Shown here: positions 17,069 to 27,500 of the stretch, piece after piece
Position numbering within the stretch: the stretch's first letter is position 1
Layout of the letters: each line of letters begins with the position of its first letter
Virus record (IMG/VR): IMGVR_UViG_3300032356_000001
Length of the DNA stretch: 57,438 nt
Source of the DNA: a virus
Reading direction: 5' to 3' (one strand)
Position numbers and translations under genes: made by a program
Notes under the pieces: model-generated
The model's database searches: none
What the model saw: the letters and a program-made list of their open reading frames with translations, nothing else
Told to the model about the DNA's origin: nothing

Positions 17069-17387
17069 GAGACGCTCCATGAGGAGTATACGCCGTCGAG
17101 ACCAGCGCATCGACTCGCGAGACCAAATCCGTGTCGCTTGGCGCGTCGCTGTTGCGCACCTCATCCGCAAGCACATCGATGAGACCGACCAGCACCATCC
17201 ATGGCGAAGTGTCGGTGTCGCCCTGATACGACTCGGCTAAGTCCAGCAGGTGCTGTAGCAGCTCGCGCGGATTCGCATCGCCCAGACGCGCCATGGCGCA
17301 TGCGACGCCGACATCACGGACACGCTCCAGCAGCGCGTCGATGTCCTCAACCTGCAGAATCTCCTGCACAATCGGCGGTTGTCTCAT
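17040..17387 (-). CDS. Acidic hypothetical protein (115 aa) immediately downstream of the sigma factor; anti-sigma or adaptor role is speculative
   Basis: ATGA start/stop overlap with the sigma gene; D/E-rich. Confidence 0.55.
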   Translation of the reverse strand: MRQPPIVQEILQVEDIDALLERVRDVGVACAMARLGDANPRELLQHLLDLAESYQGDTDTSPWMVLVGLIDVLADEVRNSDAPSDTDLVSRVDALVSTAYTPHGASHANRYIESD

Positions 17388-17875
17388 TGAAGCCTCCGAC
17401 GAATCGATTCGATGACTGTCTCCAGATACCTGCTGCTCATGCCCAGCTCGCGTCTGATATCCGAGCGCGATTGACCCGACACGAGCCGTTCCGCCACCTC
17501 ACGCTCCTCTGGCGGCATCACTGCCAGAGTCGCCGTCCATTCCATAGCATCATCCGTCGCCTCAGCGTGCATCGCACACATGATATCCCATTCGTTGTAG
17601 GCAATCTCCTTCCGCTTGCGCAGGTAATCCCGACCCGTGTTCGCAATCGCGCGGCGGATATACCGCTCTGCGCTCTCTAATCGGATACGCGGCGCGTTCA
17701 CCCACAGTTTCACTGCGACCTCGTTCGCCAGCGACTCCGCCTCGTCGGACTCGATATGGTACGCCTTGAGATACCATGCGAACGCGCAGTCCCGCACACG
17801 CTCCGCAAACAGGTCGTACTCGCAGGTCTCATGACCGCGCTCCAAAGCGACGAGCATCTCCCGCCATCGCGTCAT
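17384..17875 (-). CDS. Sigma-70 family (ECF-like, regions 2 and 4) sigma factor
   Basis: Region 2-like YIRRAIANTGRDYLRKRK. Region 4-like MPPEEREVAERLVSGQSRSDIRRELGMSSRYLETVIESIRRRL. Confidence 0.7.
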   Translation of the reverse strand: MTRWREMLVALERGHETCEYDLFAERVRDCAFAWYLKAYHIESDEAESLANEVAVKLWVNAPRIRLESAERYIRRAIANTGRDYLRKRKEIAYNEWDIMCAMHAEATDDAMEWTATLAVMPPEEREVAERLVSGQSRSDIRRELGMSSRYLETVIESIRRRLQ

Positions 17876-17876
17876 C

Positions 17877-18305
17877 TCACCACCCGCTCCCCGTGCGACG
17901 CACACTCCGAATGCTCCGCACGGGCGTCGGCTGCGACTGCGGCGCAAAGACTGGGAGCATCCACTCGACCGACTCGCCCAGCACATGCGCCCAGCCCCGT
18001 TCCAGTCGCTGCAACTCGTCTTCCGCCTGCTGATACAGCTGCTGTGCGTAGGGGTTCATAGACGCGCCGACGTTGGTTATCGCCAGCGTTCGCGCCTCCA
18101 CCAGCGCCGCCGCCAGCTGCATCGTTATCGTCGGTATCGGCGGTTTCGCAGGCGCGTCCGTCACCATCATGCGCGGGTACAACCGCACCAAGCGCGAACG
18201 GATGTACGATTCCGCAGCATCGATAGCCGCCTGCAACACGGAATCGTCTATCGGCTCCAGATTCCGCACATAGAACCGCACTTGCGCTGGCGTCACCCAC
18301 GACAT
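17877..18305 (-). CDS. Head-tail connector/adaptor protein (Mu gp36/DUF1320-like)
   Basis: MSWVTPAQVRFYV..IDDSVLQAAIDAAESYIRSRLVRLYP pattern; sits directly downstream of the MCP. Confidence 0.55.
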   Translation of the reverse strand: MSWVTPAQVRFYVRNLEPIDDSVLQAAIDAAESYIRSRLVRLYPRMMVTDAPAKPPIPTITMQLAAALVEARTLAITNVGASMNPYAQQLYQQAEDELQRLERGWAHVLGESVEWMLPVFAPQSQPTPVRSIRSVRRTGSGW

Positions 18306-18368
18306 GACTAAGTTCTCCCGTAATGTGTGGATGCGGGTGCGCTCCGTATCAGAGCGCACCCGCTATGC

Positions 18369-19319
18369 TTATGCTGCCGACATCACATTCTGGATTAGCA
18401 CCCCGCATGCGCGGGCGATGACCTTGTGCGTGTAAATCCAGTCCACCTCGATCCATGTGCCGCTGTCGCGTTCGACATCGATGTAGGTGCGCACATTCCG
18501 CTGACGCGCCTCGAAGGTCGCCCCGTAGGTCAGACGACGCAGACCTGGCTTATCGACATAGCCCACCCAGACATCGCGTCCCCATATCTCATCCATCCGA
18601 CTGGTCACCGTGATTTCCTGCGGGTCGAGACTGCGCGAGCCGAACGGGTCTGTCGGGAGCTGAAGCGCCGCCGCTTCCAGCACTTCCAGACCCCACAGGT
18701 TCTGTGGGAGCCCGCTCTGGGTCAAGTCCGTCACATAGCGTCGCTCTTCCTTGATTTCCTCGATTGCCAGCATCCGCCGCGCAATCGTCGAGGGAATCAC
18801 GACCACATTCGGACGACGCCCCGTAGCCGTGAAGATGAAGTTGCTCGCGTTAATCAGGTCGACCTTCGGCGACGCGACGGTATAGTTGTCCCACGCCGTC
18901 GACGGCGTGAACGCATGCAGGTTGTTCGCAGGGTCGCGCAGGGTTCGCGCCGCGCGAATCTCGCGGTTGAGCATCAACAGGTCGGTCAGATGCTCCGTCA
19001 TATCGACTTCCAAGTCGATGGGCCCCGACACATTCTCACGCTGGCGCGGTGTGATAATCTCGCGCAGTGAGTGCTGCTCGCACATGTACCAGTCTGCCTT
19101 CCACCCGAACGACGCCTGCTTCGCCGTGTCGCCGTCCTGCCGCGTGTCATCGACATACCGAAACGCGGAGAGGTCGTACACATAGAACAGGTCGCTCTCC
19201 TTGTTCACAGGCATCGACGGGAAGATGCGATCCGCGATGTACCCTTCGGGACGGTACTTAATGCTGACATTCGTCAGCACCTCATCGTAGTGAACTCGTT
19301 GCGCTTGTGCGACTGCCAT
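18369..19319 (-). CDS. Major capsid protein (lambda gpE-like family)
   Basis: 316 aa; SIKYRPEGYIADRIFPSMPVNKESDLFYVYD N-terminal signature; position after the protease/scaffold and a decoration-like gene. Confidence 0.8.
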   Translation of the reverse strand: MAVAQAQRVHYDEVLTNVSIKYRPEGYIADRIFPSMPVNKESDLFYVYDLSAFRYVDDTRQDGDTAKQASFGWKADWYMCEQHSLREIITPRQRENVSGPIDLEVDMTEHLTDLLMLNREIRAARTLRDPANNLHAFTPSTAWDNYTVASPKVDLINASNFIFTATGRRPNVVVIPSTIARRMLAIEEIKEERRYVTDLTQSGLPQNLWGLEVLEAAALQLPTDPFGSRSLDPQEITVTSRMDEIWGRDVWVGYVDKPGLRRLTYGATFEARQRNVRTYIDVERDSGTWIEVDWIYTHKVIARACGVLIQNVMSAA

Positions 19320-19332
19320 CTTCTTAGCCTCC

Positions 19333-19995
19333 TTATTGCACGAATACGGTGCTTGTCAGCATGCGGACAGGGATGACCTGCGGGTTCGTCGCGGCGTCGG
19401 CGGTTGTCGAACGCATCGCGACGCCGATGGGGAAGAACCACTGCTGCTGGTTCGTACCCGTGCGGTTAAACGCTGGGGCATTGTTCGCAAGCGCACGCAC
19501 GGGGGTAATCAGGAAGTTGTAGTCGCGTCCGAACTCTGGGTGGATAATCGGACGGAGTTCGGGGATGCGACTGAACGGCGTCTGCGACGATGAGCGTACC
19601 AGCAGACGGTTGCCTGCCGTCGTGTCGTTGCCTGCCAGCGCCGCGAACAGCAGGTCGCCCGCGTTTACCTGCGCGTTCACGATGAGCGGAGTAATCCCGT
19701 CCAGTGCGACCATGACCTCCTTCCCGTCCAGTGCGTACTGGAGCGTGACGCCGATGATGGGACGCACCAGCGCCCACTGCGGCGTAGCGCCCTGCGCGAC
19801 ATTTGCCCAGTGCTGCGTCGGGTTCCCAGCGGAGACAACCAGTCCCGCTTCGGGGTTGACGCCAGGCTCAGGAATCGAGCCGTGTCCCGCGTCCCACAGG
19901 ATGACCGCTGTGTACCGCGCAATCGCTGCGCGGCGCGTGCGATCGAAGTCGTAGTACCGAAAGGTCGTCGTGAAATGGGTCTTATATGCTTGCAT
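19333..19995 (-). CDS. Putative head decoration or accessory capsid protein
   Basis: Position between the scaffold/protease and the MCP only; no motif recognised. Confidence 0.35.
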   Translation of the reverse strand: MQAYKTHFTTTFRYYDFDRTRRAAIARYTAVILWDAGHGSIPEPGVNPEAGLVVSAGNPTQHWANVAQGATPQWALVRPIIGVTLQYALDGKEVMVALDGITPLIVNAQVNAGDLLFAALAGNDTTAGNRLLVRSSSQTPFSRIPELRPIIHPEFGRDYNFLITPVRALANNAPAFNRTGTNQQQWFFPIGVAMRSTTADAATNPQVIPVRMLTSTVFVQ

Positions 19996-20007
19996 TTATG
20001 TCACCCC

Positions 20008-21000
20008 CTAAATCTCGCGTGCGGCGCGTTTAATCGCCTCACCGAAGGCGATGCCCTCGCTCGCGGCGACGCGCTCAGCGCGTGCGATGAGTTCGCGCGT
20101 GGTGCGTTCCTCGCCCGTGCGTAGCGTGTACCGTAGCGGCTGCTCCGACAGGTTCACGCGCGGGCGGTTCGGAACCATCTGCGCGACCTCTTCGAGTATC
20201 GCGAGTACGAAGTCCTCAACGGGAACTCGCGCGTCCGACGACGCGTTCTCGCTTAGACGCACAATCCGCGACTCGGGCATCTCCGAGCGCACATCCGACA
20301 GCGACACTGCACGACCGCGCAGCGAGTCGAAGATGTACCGCGCGAGACGCAGCATTGACGGCGGAACGGCATGCTCGTACTCCGACAGGAGCAAGTCCCT
20401 GTCCGATTCCCACTGACGCTCCTCAAGCTCCGACAGACGCACTCGCAAATCGCGAACCTCGTCCTGTGGTACGGTTCCTTGCGTATTCATCGAGTTGTAG
20501 CCTCCCTGATGTGTTGCAGTTCGAGCGCGTTCCGATAGCGTGACCACTTGTGCGGGATCCATGCGCTTGATATACGGGCGGTTCGTCAGAGCGACCGCGC
20601 GGAGCGCGGTGACCTCACGGCGCGTCTCAGGATCTCGCCCGCGCACCGTCAGCTCCGCACTGGCAAACCGCAGACGACCATCCCGCACGCGGTCGAGAAC
20701 CTCGTCGGCGGTCGGTCGAATCGTCGCGTACAGCGATTCGCCTTGACGCTCCAGCGCCGTTACCCATCCGACCGCGTCGGTCGAATCGTCCATGTGGTTC
20801 AGATTGACGGGCAGCTCGTACCCGAACACCCCGTCGCGGAAGTTCCGAACGATTTCGTCCAGCTCGCGTTCCGTGACGACGAGGCGCCCCTCAGGCGCCA
20901 TCTCGTGCAGCCATTCGCCCGTGCGAAGCACCTCCACGCGAATCGCAGGGCGCGACCCGCGCGTTACCGTCTCCGCATCCGACAGTGTCACGACTATCAT
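20008..21000 (-). CDS. Mu gpI-like prohead protease/scaffold protein
   Basis: ELPVNLNHMDDSTDAVGWVTALERQGESLYATIRPT...LRFASAEL matches the Mu-like prophage I pattern. GGGAG SD precedes ATG 21000. Confidence 0.75.
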   Translation of the reverse strand: MIVVTLSDAETVTRGSRPAIRVEVLRTGEWLHEMAPEGRLVVTERELDEIVRNFRDGVFGYELPVNLNHMDDSTDAVGWVTALERQGESLYATIRPTADEVLDRVRDGRLRFASAELTVRGRDPETRREVTALRAVALTNRPYIKRMDPAQVVTLSERARTATHQGGYNSMNTQGTVPQDEVRDLRVRLSELEERQWESDRDLLLSEYEHAVPPSMLRLARYIFDSLRGRAVSLSDVRSEMPESRIVRLSENASSDARVPVEDFVLAILEEVAQMVPNRPRVNLSEQPLRYTLRTGEERTTRELIARAERVAASEGIAFGEAIKRAAREI

Positions 21001-21069
21001 TCTGCGCTCCCTAAACGAAGCAGGCGGTGCGCTCGCATGATGCAAGCGCACCGCCTGCTACATCGACCA

Positions 21070-21075
21070 ATTATA
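21070..21075 (-). promoter_or_regulatory. -10 box (cCGTATAATTg) in the gap upstream of the protease/scaffold gene; about 65-nt leader, not leaderless
   Basis: Minus strand reads gccgTATAATtggtcg. Confidence 0.45.
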
Positions 21076-21087
21076 CGGCGGAATTCG

Positions 21088-21465
21088 CTATTTCGCATCG
21101 AGCAGCAGCTCGTCGACTGCCTTGTTCCGCAGCTCCGCACGCGATGGTAAGTCGGGATAATAGTTCCAGCTGACGGGAATACCGTCCTTGACCGCGACTC
21201 GGATGAACCCGCGCTGAACCGAGCGTATCAGGTGGACGAGTCGCTCCTCATTGGGATGGAGTGCGACATCCGCCTCAGGCTCCTGCAGTTCGAACGGCTC
21301 CACGCAGCGCGAGTCGCCCTTCGTGGGATCGATGCGACACTCAATCGCGCGTTCCCCCACCAGATGCGACGGCTCGCGTTCCGAGACATACAGCGCGTCT
21401 ATATGACCGTACCCGATAATCCGACAGAGACGGATGACCCGCTGCTCCGCGACCGAGAGTATCAC
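21088..21465 (-). CDS. Hypothetical protein (125 aa)
   Basis: ORF in an operon-like tight array. Confidence 0.5.
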   Translation of the reverse strand: MILSVAEQRVIRLCRIIGYGHIDALYVSEREPSHLVGERAIECRIDPTKGDSRCVEPFELQEPEADVALHPNEERLVHLIRSVQRGFIRVAVKDGIPVSWNYYPDLPSRAELRNKAVDELLLDAK

Positions 21466-21941
21466 TATCCATCACCTCGCGTGCCGCCGCGCACGATGCG
21501 CGTCACCATCACCTCGCACGACCACCCATGCAACGGATGCTCCTGTATGTAGACGGGCGTCATCGTGACCTGAGGCGTCCATGTATCCGATGTGTAAAAC
21601 TCCGACGCATGCATACGGAACCGATGCGGATGCTGATGCACATAGTCCAGCCAGAGGTCGGCGTACCACTCCTGCTGCAGGATGCTCTCGCGCGGGTCAG
21701 GCGAGTAGACTGCCCCGACGATGCTATACACATGACGCTGCTCGAACAGTTCAGGGAGCGCCAGCGAGAACAGCGAGGACTGCAGCTTGCCCACCATCAC
21801 GATGGGGAACCTGTCGAACGGCACTTCCGACGGATACCATTCGTACACCGTCGGGCGCGCGAGCCCGAACGCCTCGCAGTAGCTCGCGTACTCCATGAGC
21901 CGTTCCATGATCCACTGCCGCATGGGCGCTATCGGGGTCAT
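21465..21941 (-). CDS. Hypothetical protein (158 aa)
   Basis: ORF coupled to its neighbours by start/stop overlaps. Confidence 0.5.
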   Translation of the reverse strand: MTPIAPMRQWIMERLMEYASYCEAFGLARPTVYEWYPSEVPFDRFPIVMVGKLQSSLFSLALPELFEQRHVYSIVGAVYSPDPRESILQQEWYADLWLDYVHQHPHRFRMHASEFYTSDTWTPQVTMTPVYIQEHPLHGWSCEVMVTRIVRGGTRGDG

Positions 21942-22699
21942 CGCTTCTTTCGCAACCTCCTCGGCGTCGTCTTCTGACTCGTCGTGAGTTCCTCGATCCA
22001 GCAGCGACAGTTATTCAAGCAGCGCGTCTTGCCTGTGCCTGGCAGACCCAGCGTGACGAGTTCGTCGTAAGTGTACCCGCCCTTCGCTCGCGATTCCGTC
22101 GCGCGTTGCATGCAGTCCTCGCAGTGTTCCGCATCGGGCGAGAGACGCCACAGGAACCGATGCGAGCGGTCTGCGCCGTAGGCGAACCATGCAGTCATGA
22201 AGACCCCGTACAAGTCGCGCCCGTACAGCTCCAGACGCTGACGGTACGACATCCGTCCGCGACCCGCACGCACATCGCGCATGAACCGATGGAAGTAGCG
22301 CATCTGCTGCGAGTATTGACCGTGCAGGTAGCGCAGCTCGTCGTCCGTGAACCGTGTCTTGCCGCGTATCCCGCGACCTGCCAGACCGAGCGCGAACGCA
22401 TGCACCAGCGTCTCCTGCTGACGCACAGCGAACCAGCCCTCGAACTCTTCCAGCGTCATCTGTCCCGATTCATACTTGTCCCACTGCTCCAAGAGTTCCT
22501 TGCGGAAGGCTCGCTCCAGCTTGGTATACGACGCGCGTGCATCCTGCGGACGCTTATACCCCCGCGTCACCCGACTCGGAACCCCGTGCCTGCGATAACT
22601 TAACAAGATGATTTCGCAGTCGGTCGCGCCAGATTGCCCGCAGCTCAAAGCATAGCCGAGCATATCCTGCAGGAGCATGTTCCAAATCGAGTCGCGCAT
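21938..22699 (-). CDS. Minor head / head morphogenesis protein (Mu gpF / SPP1 gp7 family)
   Basis: C-terminal EHCEDC...TRCLNNCRCW cysteine pattern and its position after the portal. Confidence 0.65.
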   Translation of the reverse strand: MRDSIWNMLLQDMLGYALSCGQSGATDCEIILLSYRRHGVPSRVTRGYKRPQDARASYTKLERAFRKELLEQWDKYESGQMTLEEFEGWFAVRQQETLVHAFALGLAGRGIRGKTRFTDDELRYLHGQYSQQMRYFHRFMRDVRAGRGRMSYRQRLELYGRDLYGVFMTAWFAYGADRSHRFLWRLSPDAEHCEDCMQRATESRAKGGYTYDELVTLGLPGTGKTRCLNNCRCWIEELTTSQKTTPRRLRKKR

Positions 22700-22717
22700 C
22701 GCCTGACTCCCATAGGA

Positions 22718-23152
22718 TTACGAACCTGCTGATGGCGAGCTGGGGCTCGTCGCTGGTGAGGAGTTCGACGCGGGCACGCTCGGCAATATCAGGTTTGGGT
22801 CGGATAGCCTCGTTACCATCGACGCGAGCTTCTCGCCGACGGGTTTAGGAAGCGATGCAATCGTATCCGCGTCGAGTCCCGTCGCTGTCTTCAGCAGTTC
22901 CAACATGTAGCGACTCGCTGAGATGACCGCTTGACTCGTCGCAGCGTCGATGTCGGTCGCAGCGTCCTGCGCACGCAGACTCTCGATATACGATATCGCG
23001 CGTACCTGCACCTCATGCGACTCGGTCACCCGCCACGGCGGCGGCGGGTTATCGTCCGTATGCTCGCACAGCCAGACCGTCCTATCGCCCGTCATCGGAT
23101 TCTCGATAAGGCAGAGTCGAACGGTTATTCGCATCCGTTCCACTGTCCACAT
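22718..23152 (-). CDS. Hypothetical protein; start uncertain (overlaps the portal 3' end)
   Basis: ORF 22718-23167; several candidate Met codons. Confidence 0.4.
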   Translation of the reverse strand: MWTVERMRITVRLCLIENPMTGDRTVWLCEHTDDNPPPPWRVTESHEVQVRAISYIESLRAQDAATDIDAATSQAVISASRYMLELLKTATGLDADTIASLPKPVGEKLASMVTRLSDPNLILPSVPASNSSPATSPSSPSAGS

Positions 23153-24563
23153 CGTCGTCACCTCCAAACATACCGTCTCGTTCGGCGTCTTCGTTCATAT
23201 TCCTGCCGCCCTGCCATGCGACTCCGTGCAGGTAGTCCATCTCCGACGCGGCTTGCGTGCGTACGGGCACGCCCGCGTCTTCGGCGATGAGCGCCCAGTC
23301 GGGCACAATCACATCCCCGTCCGCCGTCGTCACAGGCTGACCTGCCGCCAGACGCTGCACGAACGACTCGACCAGATGCTTCGTGTACGCATGATCGATG
23401 CGCATCACGATTCGTGCCTTTGCATCGCTCCCGAAGTTATAGCGCACCAAGTCGGGAATCAGCTGTTTGTTCAGCACCGACTCGATTTGCGTGAGGTACG
23501 CATCCTCGTTCTGCAAGAAGAGGTCAATCTGCGACTGACCCAGTGCGTAGGTGCCTCGTTGCGGATGAATCGTCGCCAGCGAGGGCACCAGCATCGCTTG
23601 ACGCATCTGCTCGTCGAGGAACTGGATGTAGTTCTCGATGGAGACAGCGGGCGGCACCTCGAACGCCTCGACTTCCCACATCCGCTGACCGTTCGCGTCA
23701 TAGAGTGACGGTAGCACGATGGAGTGCGCGTTTGCCAGCTTATCGAGCTGCTCGCTCAGGTACTGCATGTTATCCACCACGATAGGGTCGCCCGATTCCG
23801 TCGTGCCGATGGGCGTCTTGCCAGGCGGCGCGAACCCCTTCTTCGTCGGCACGGCGTAGGTCGAGTAGTAGGTCGCCATATCCTGCAGGGCGCGTTGCTT
23901 CAGCTCGAAGAACGGCAGCGCGGGCTTAATCAGCGGGTTCCCGTACACCTCGTTGAACTCGGCGTCGAGTGCGAAGTGTATCAGTCGTCCCTCTTCGATG
24001 ATTTCGCCTTCGGGCGCGAACGGCGTCACGAGGTGTCGCACGCCTGCGAACTCGCCTGTGGGATACACCAGCGCCCAGTAGATGGACGGGTCGAGGTGTC
24101 CCACGCGCGAGAGTATCCATACATCGCGCAGGCGCAGTTCCTGCCGTGCGGGCGTCGTCGACATCGTGCGCGTCGTGCGGTAATCCTTACGGTACTCCAG
24201 CACCTTCTCGACGAACGCGACCCCGAAGTCGAACGCCGTGCAGAGCGCCCAGAGCATGTCGTACATGTGGGGCTCCAGCGCGGACTGCAGGAACGCTCCG
24301 ACGCGCTCGTCTTCGGCGTTGATGTACCAGTCGCAGCGCAGGATGGGCAGCTTGATGAGGCGCAGCGAGGCGCGTATCACGGGGTCTTGGCGCAGACGGT
24401 CGAGGTCGCGGATGGTGACATCGTCCAGACGGTACGCCAGCATGCGTCCGTCGGGCGAGTAAGCGGCTGACGGCGCGCCGAGTCGGTTCTGGCCGACTCG
24501 CGCCTGCTGACCCTGCACGGGCGATGCAGGCTTTGCGAACCGCTGCAACAGTTTCCGTATCAT
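23082..24563 (-). CDS. Portal protein (Mu gp29/DUF935-like)
   Basis: 493 aa; DLDRLRQDPVIRASLRLIKLPILRCDWYI motif; sits upstream of MuF. Confidence 0.7.
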   Translation of the reverse strand: MIRKLLQRFAKPASPVQGQQARVGQNRLGAPSAAYSPDGRMLAYRLDDVTIRDLDRLRQDPVIRASLRLIKLPILRCDWYINAEDERVGAFLQSALEPHMYDMLWALCTAFDFGVAFVEKVLEYRKDYRTTRTMSTTPARQELRLRDVWILSRVGHLDPSIYWALVYPTGEFAGVRHLVTPFAPEGEIIEEGRLIHFALDAEFNEVYGNPLIKPALPFFELKQRALQDMATYYSTYAVPTKKGFAPPGKTPIGTTESGDPIVVDNMQYLSEQLDKLANAHSIVLPSLYDANGQRMWEVEAFEVPPAVSIENYIQFLDEQMRQAMLVPSLATIHPQRGTYALGQSQIDLFLQNEDAYLTQIESVLNKQLIPDLVRYNFGSDAKARIVMRIDHAYTKHLVESFVQRLAAGQPVTTADGDVIVPDWALIAEDAGVPVRTQAASEMDYLHGVAWQGGRNMNEDAERDGMFGGDDDVDSGTDANNRSTLPYRESDDGR

Positions 24564-27500
24564 GTGGACTGCGCCTCGTTATGCCGTAGCAGTATACCGC
24601 TATCGTCCATCAGATGTCGTCCTGCGGGCTTGAGCGCCTCCATCGCACGACCCTGCTGCTCCAGCTGCCGTTGCTGAAGTTGCTCCTTCGGCACCTCGGC
24701 GACGATGGTGTGCGTGTGTACGCTGAACCGTTGTCCCTTGCGGAACGCGCGTGCGTTTCGCTGGTCGAGTTCCGCCTTGCTGAACGGCAGCCCGTAGTGG
24801 ACGATGTAGTTCGCGCCTTGCAGGTTCAGCCCCGTGCTACCCGCAGAGGTCGCCGCGACGAGTTTGACGCCCGAACGCGGGTTCTGCTCAGGACGCACGG
24901 TCATTTCGCGTCCATCGTCGAGTCGCACGCGCACGCTACCGCTGCGTCCCACTCGGATCGCGACGCCTTCGCCCCCGTCGAAGATGACGCGTCCGCCTGG
25001 CACAATCGCGCGTTCGTTCACCGCCGCGCGTACCTGCTGACGACGCGCTCCGTTATCCTCGCCCGTGTAGGTCAGCACCTCGCCTGGCTTAAACGCCTGC
25101 TGAATCGTGCGCGTGCCCGAGAGGTAGTTCGCAAACACGATGCCGACAGGATGATGACCCGCGTCGCGCAGGTCGCGCAGGTCGTCGCGCTGATGCTCCG
25201 ACTCCATCACCTGCCGAAGGTGCTGAATCAGCGCGTTGCGCTCAGGATCGCCGTTCTCTATCGCCTGCAGACGCTGGTAATCGCGCTCCGCTGCAGGTGT
25301 CGTGTCCTCTGCAGCGGTTATCCGACGGAGTTCCTCTAACTGGTGCGTGCTGAGGGGAATGCTATGCTCGAAATCGCGACGCTGCACATTCAGCTGGTAA
25401 TGCTCGCTGATGACGACGGGGTCGATAGCGCGGTTCAGGTTCTCCTCCTTGATTTGGTGTACCGCGCTCGCGCCGAGACCAATGCCGTCGAACGCCAGCT
25501 GGAAACTCGATTCGGGGATCATGCGCGGCTCGACCCAGCCCACCATCCTGTGCAAGTTGCTCACGCGCGAGCGAATCGGCGTGCCCGTCATCGCGACCAT
25601 GTAGGTGTCATCGTTCGTCGCCTCGCTAATCTTCTCCATCGCTTGCATAATCTGCGACGCTTCGCCCGTGCCAGGCGAGAACGCTTGGTGCGCCTCGTCG
25701 AGTACGAGCAGCACGCGCCCGTTGTGCTTGCGGATACGGTCGATAATCGCGTCGACATCGTTGCGGATGGTGGCGTGTCCCACGATGAGGAACTGCGCGT
25801 CGCCCTCGCGGATGAGACGCTGTCGTTCCTCTGCGCCCGTTGCATGGGCGTCGGCGAGCGCACGACTCTCAGGCGCGAGGTCGCCCGCGACGCCGACGCG
25901 GATGCCGTTCCCGAAGAACTTGCGATGCTCGTGCAGCATCGTGTCGCGCAGGTTGCTCGGTGCCATCATGATGACCGCGTCGACCTGTCCTGTGTCGAGC
26001 AGGTGCTTACCCAGCGCAATCGACGAGAGCGACTTCCCGATGCCCGCCTTTAAGTCCCATACGACTCGCTTGCGCTGCAGCGCGAACTCTATCGCCGCGC
26101 GTTGCTCCTCGCCCAGCTTCACAGTGGGATCCATCCCGTCGGGACGCCAGTCCTCGCCGAGCGTCAGCTCGTGTCGCTTGATGCGCTTCGCCTCCTCGTC
26201 CTCTTTGAACTCCATCGTCGCGCGTTTCATGAGTTGTGAGACCGCATCGCGCTTGATGACGAGTCGCGTCTGTCCGTCCTGCGTGCGCGAGATGGAGTAA
26301 TCACCCTCCTTGAGCCCCATCCGCCTTGCGATAGCGTTCAGTCGAGACGGCTCAGCGACGCCTTGCACCACCACATCGTCGTTGTAGGTGTCTCTGCGGA
26401 GCGCGTCGGCGAGTGCTGCCGTGAACGCCAGCGACCCTGCGGCTTGTCCCAGCACGGCTTGTCGATACAGCGTGTTCCGCGTCGCGAGTCGACCCGCGTA
26501 GGCAGCCGAGAGCGCATCGCGCGAGCGCAGGTCTTCAATCAGCTGGCGTGTGCGTTCCGCTTCCTCTTCCGCTCGGCGGAGCGTCTCCGCAGGTACTCGC
26601 ATCGCCGCCTCCGCATGCATCTGTTCGATGTCGCGTGTCAGCGCCTCGATGTCCTGCGTTCGCTGTGCGAGGTATATCGCTGTCGCGTGCGCTGCACCTT
26701 CGACGCCCAGCAGTTGCACCAGCGCGGGGTGTACCGCCGCGCCTGTGTGACGCAAAGTGAGGTTCGCCAGCGACTCCGCCGCGCCCTTGCTGTACCGCGC
26801 ATGCACCCCGCGACCCGCGTTGTCAAACGCATCCCAGAACGCGATGTTGCGCCGCGCGGCGACTTCCAGCTCCGCCGCGTTCCGCGCACGCTGCCACGCC
26901 TGCGCAACCGCCGACTCAAGCGCCTCATCGTCGACGGGCTGCCCCGTCAGAATCGACGCCGAGGTCGCCATCGGCGCATTCTCGCGCATGACACGCTCAT
27001 ACCGCGCCTTGTGCCTGCGCAGCTCGTTCGTCAGCAGCCCGATCGCCTCTATCTGCTCCTCGTTCAGGTTGCGCAGACGCTGACCCAAGTCTTCGGGTAC
27101 ATCCTTGATGTCGACGCCGATGGCGAGCCCGAGTTCCTCCAGTGCGCGTTTCGCGATATTGTCCGACGCCTCACGGATGCGCTCCGCCTGCGCGAGCTTG
27201 CGCTTCTCCTCGTCCTCTGGCGACTTCTCAGACGGCGTCTCCGCATCCGCCTCAGGCGGCTTCGGTTCCCGTTGCGGTTTCTCAGGCTGGCGTCGCGTGC
27301 GCTCCACGCGCACGGCGCGGAGCAGATGACCCACGAGTTCGTCGGCATCGGTCTGCTGGAGCGTCTCAGCGTCGTATCCGAGCAGTTTCGCGGCGGATTG
27401 CGCGTACTTGTCGCGTTCCTGCGCCCACGATTCGGAGACGCGCTGCTTGAGCGCCTCGCGCTTCGACTCATCCATCGGTTCGCGCACGCGACGGGAACCG

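Noticed and set aside
14450-17176. Full-length 908-aa version of the AAA+ ORF starting at 17176.
   Set aside because: The first ~36 codons overlap the upstream acidic-protein gene and have no SD. Homology to the VWA protein N-terminus begins at ..RRVWW.., and ATG 17068 has a GGAG SD. The start remains uncertain by about 12 nt.
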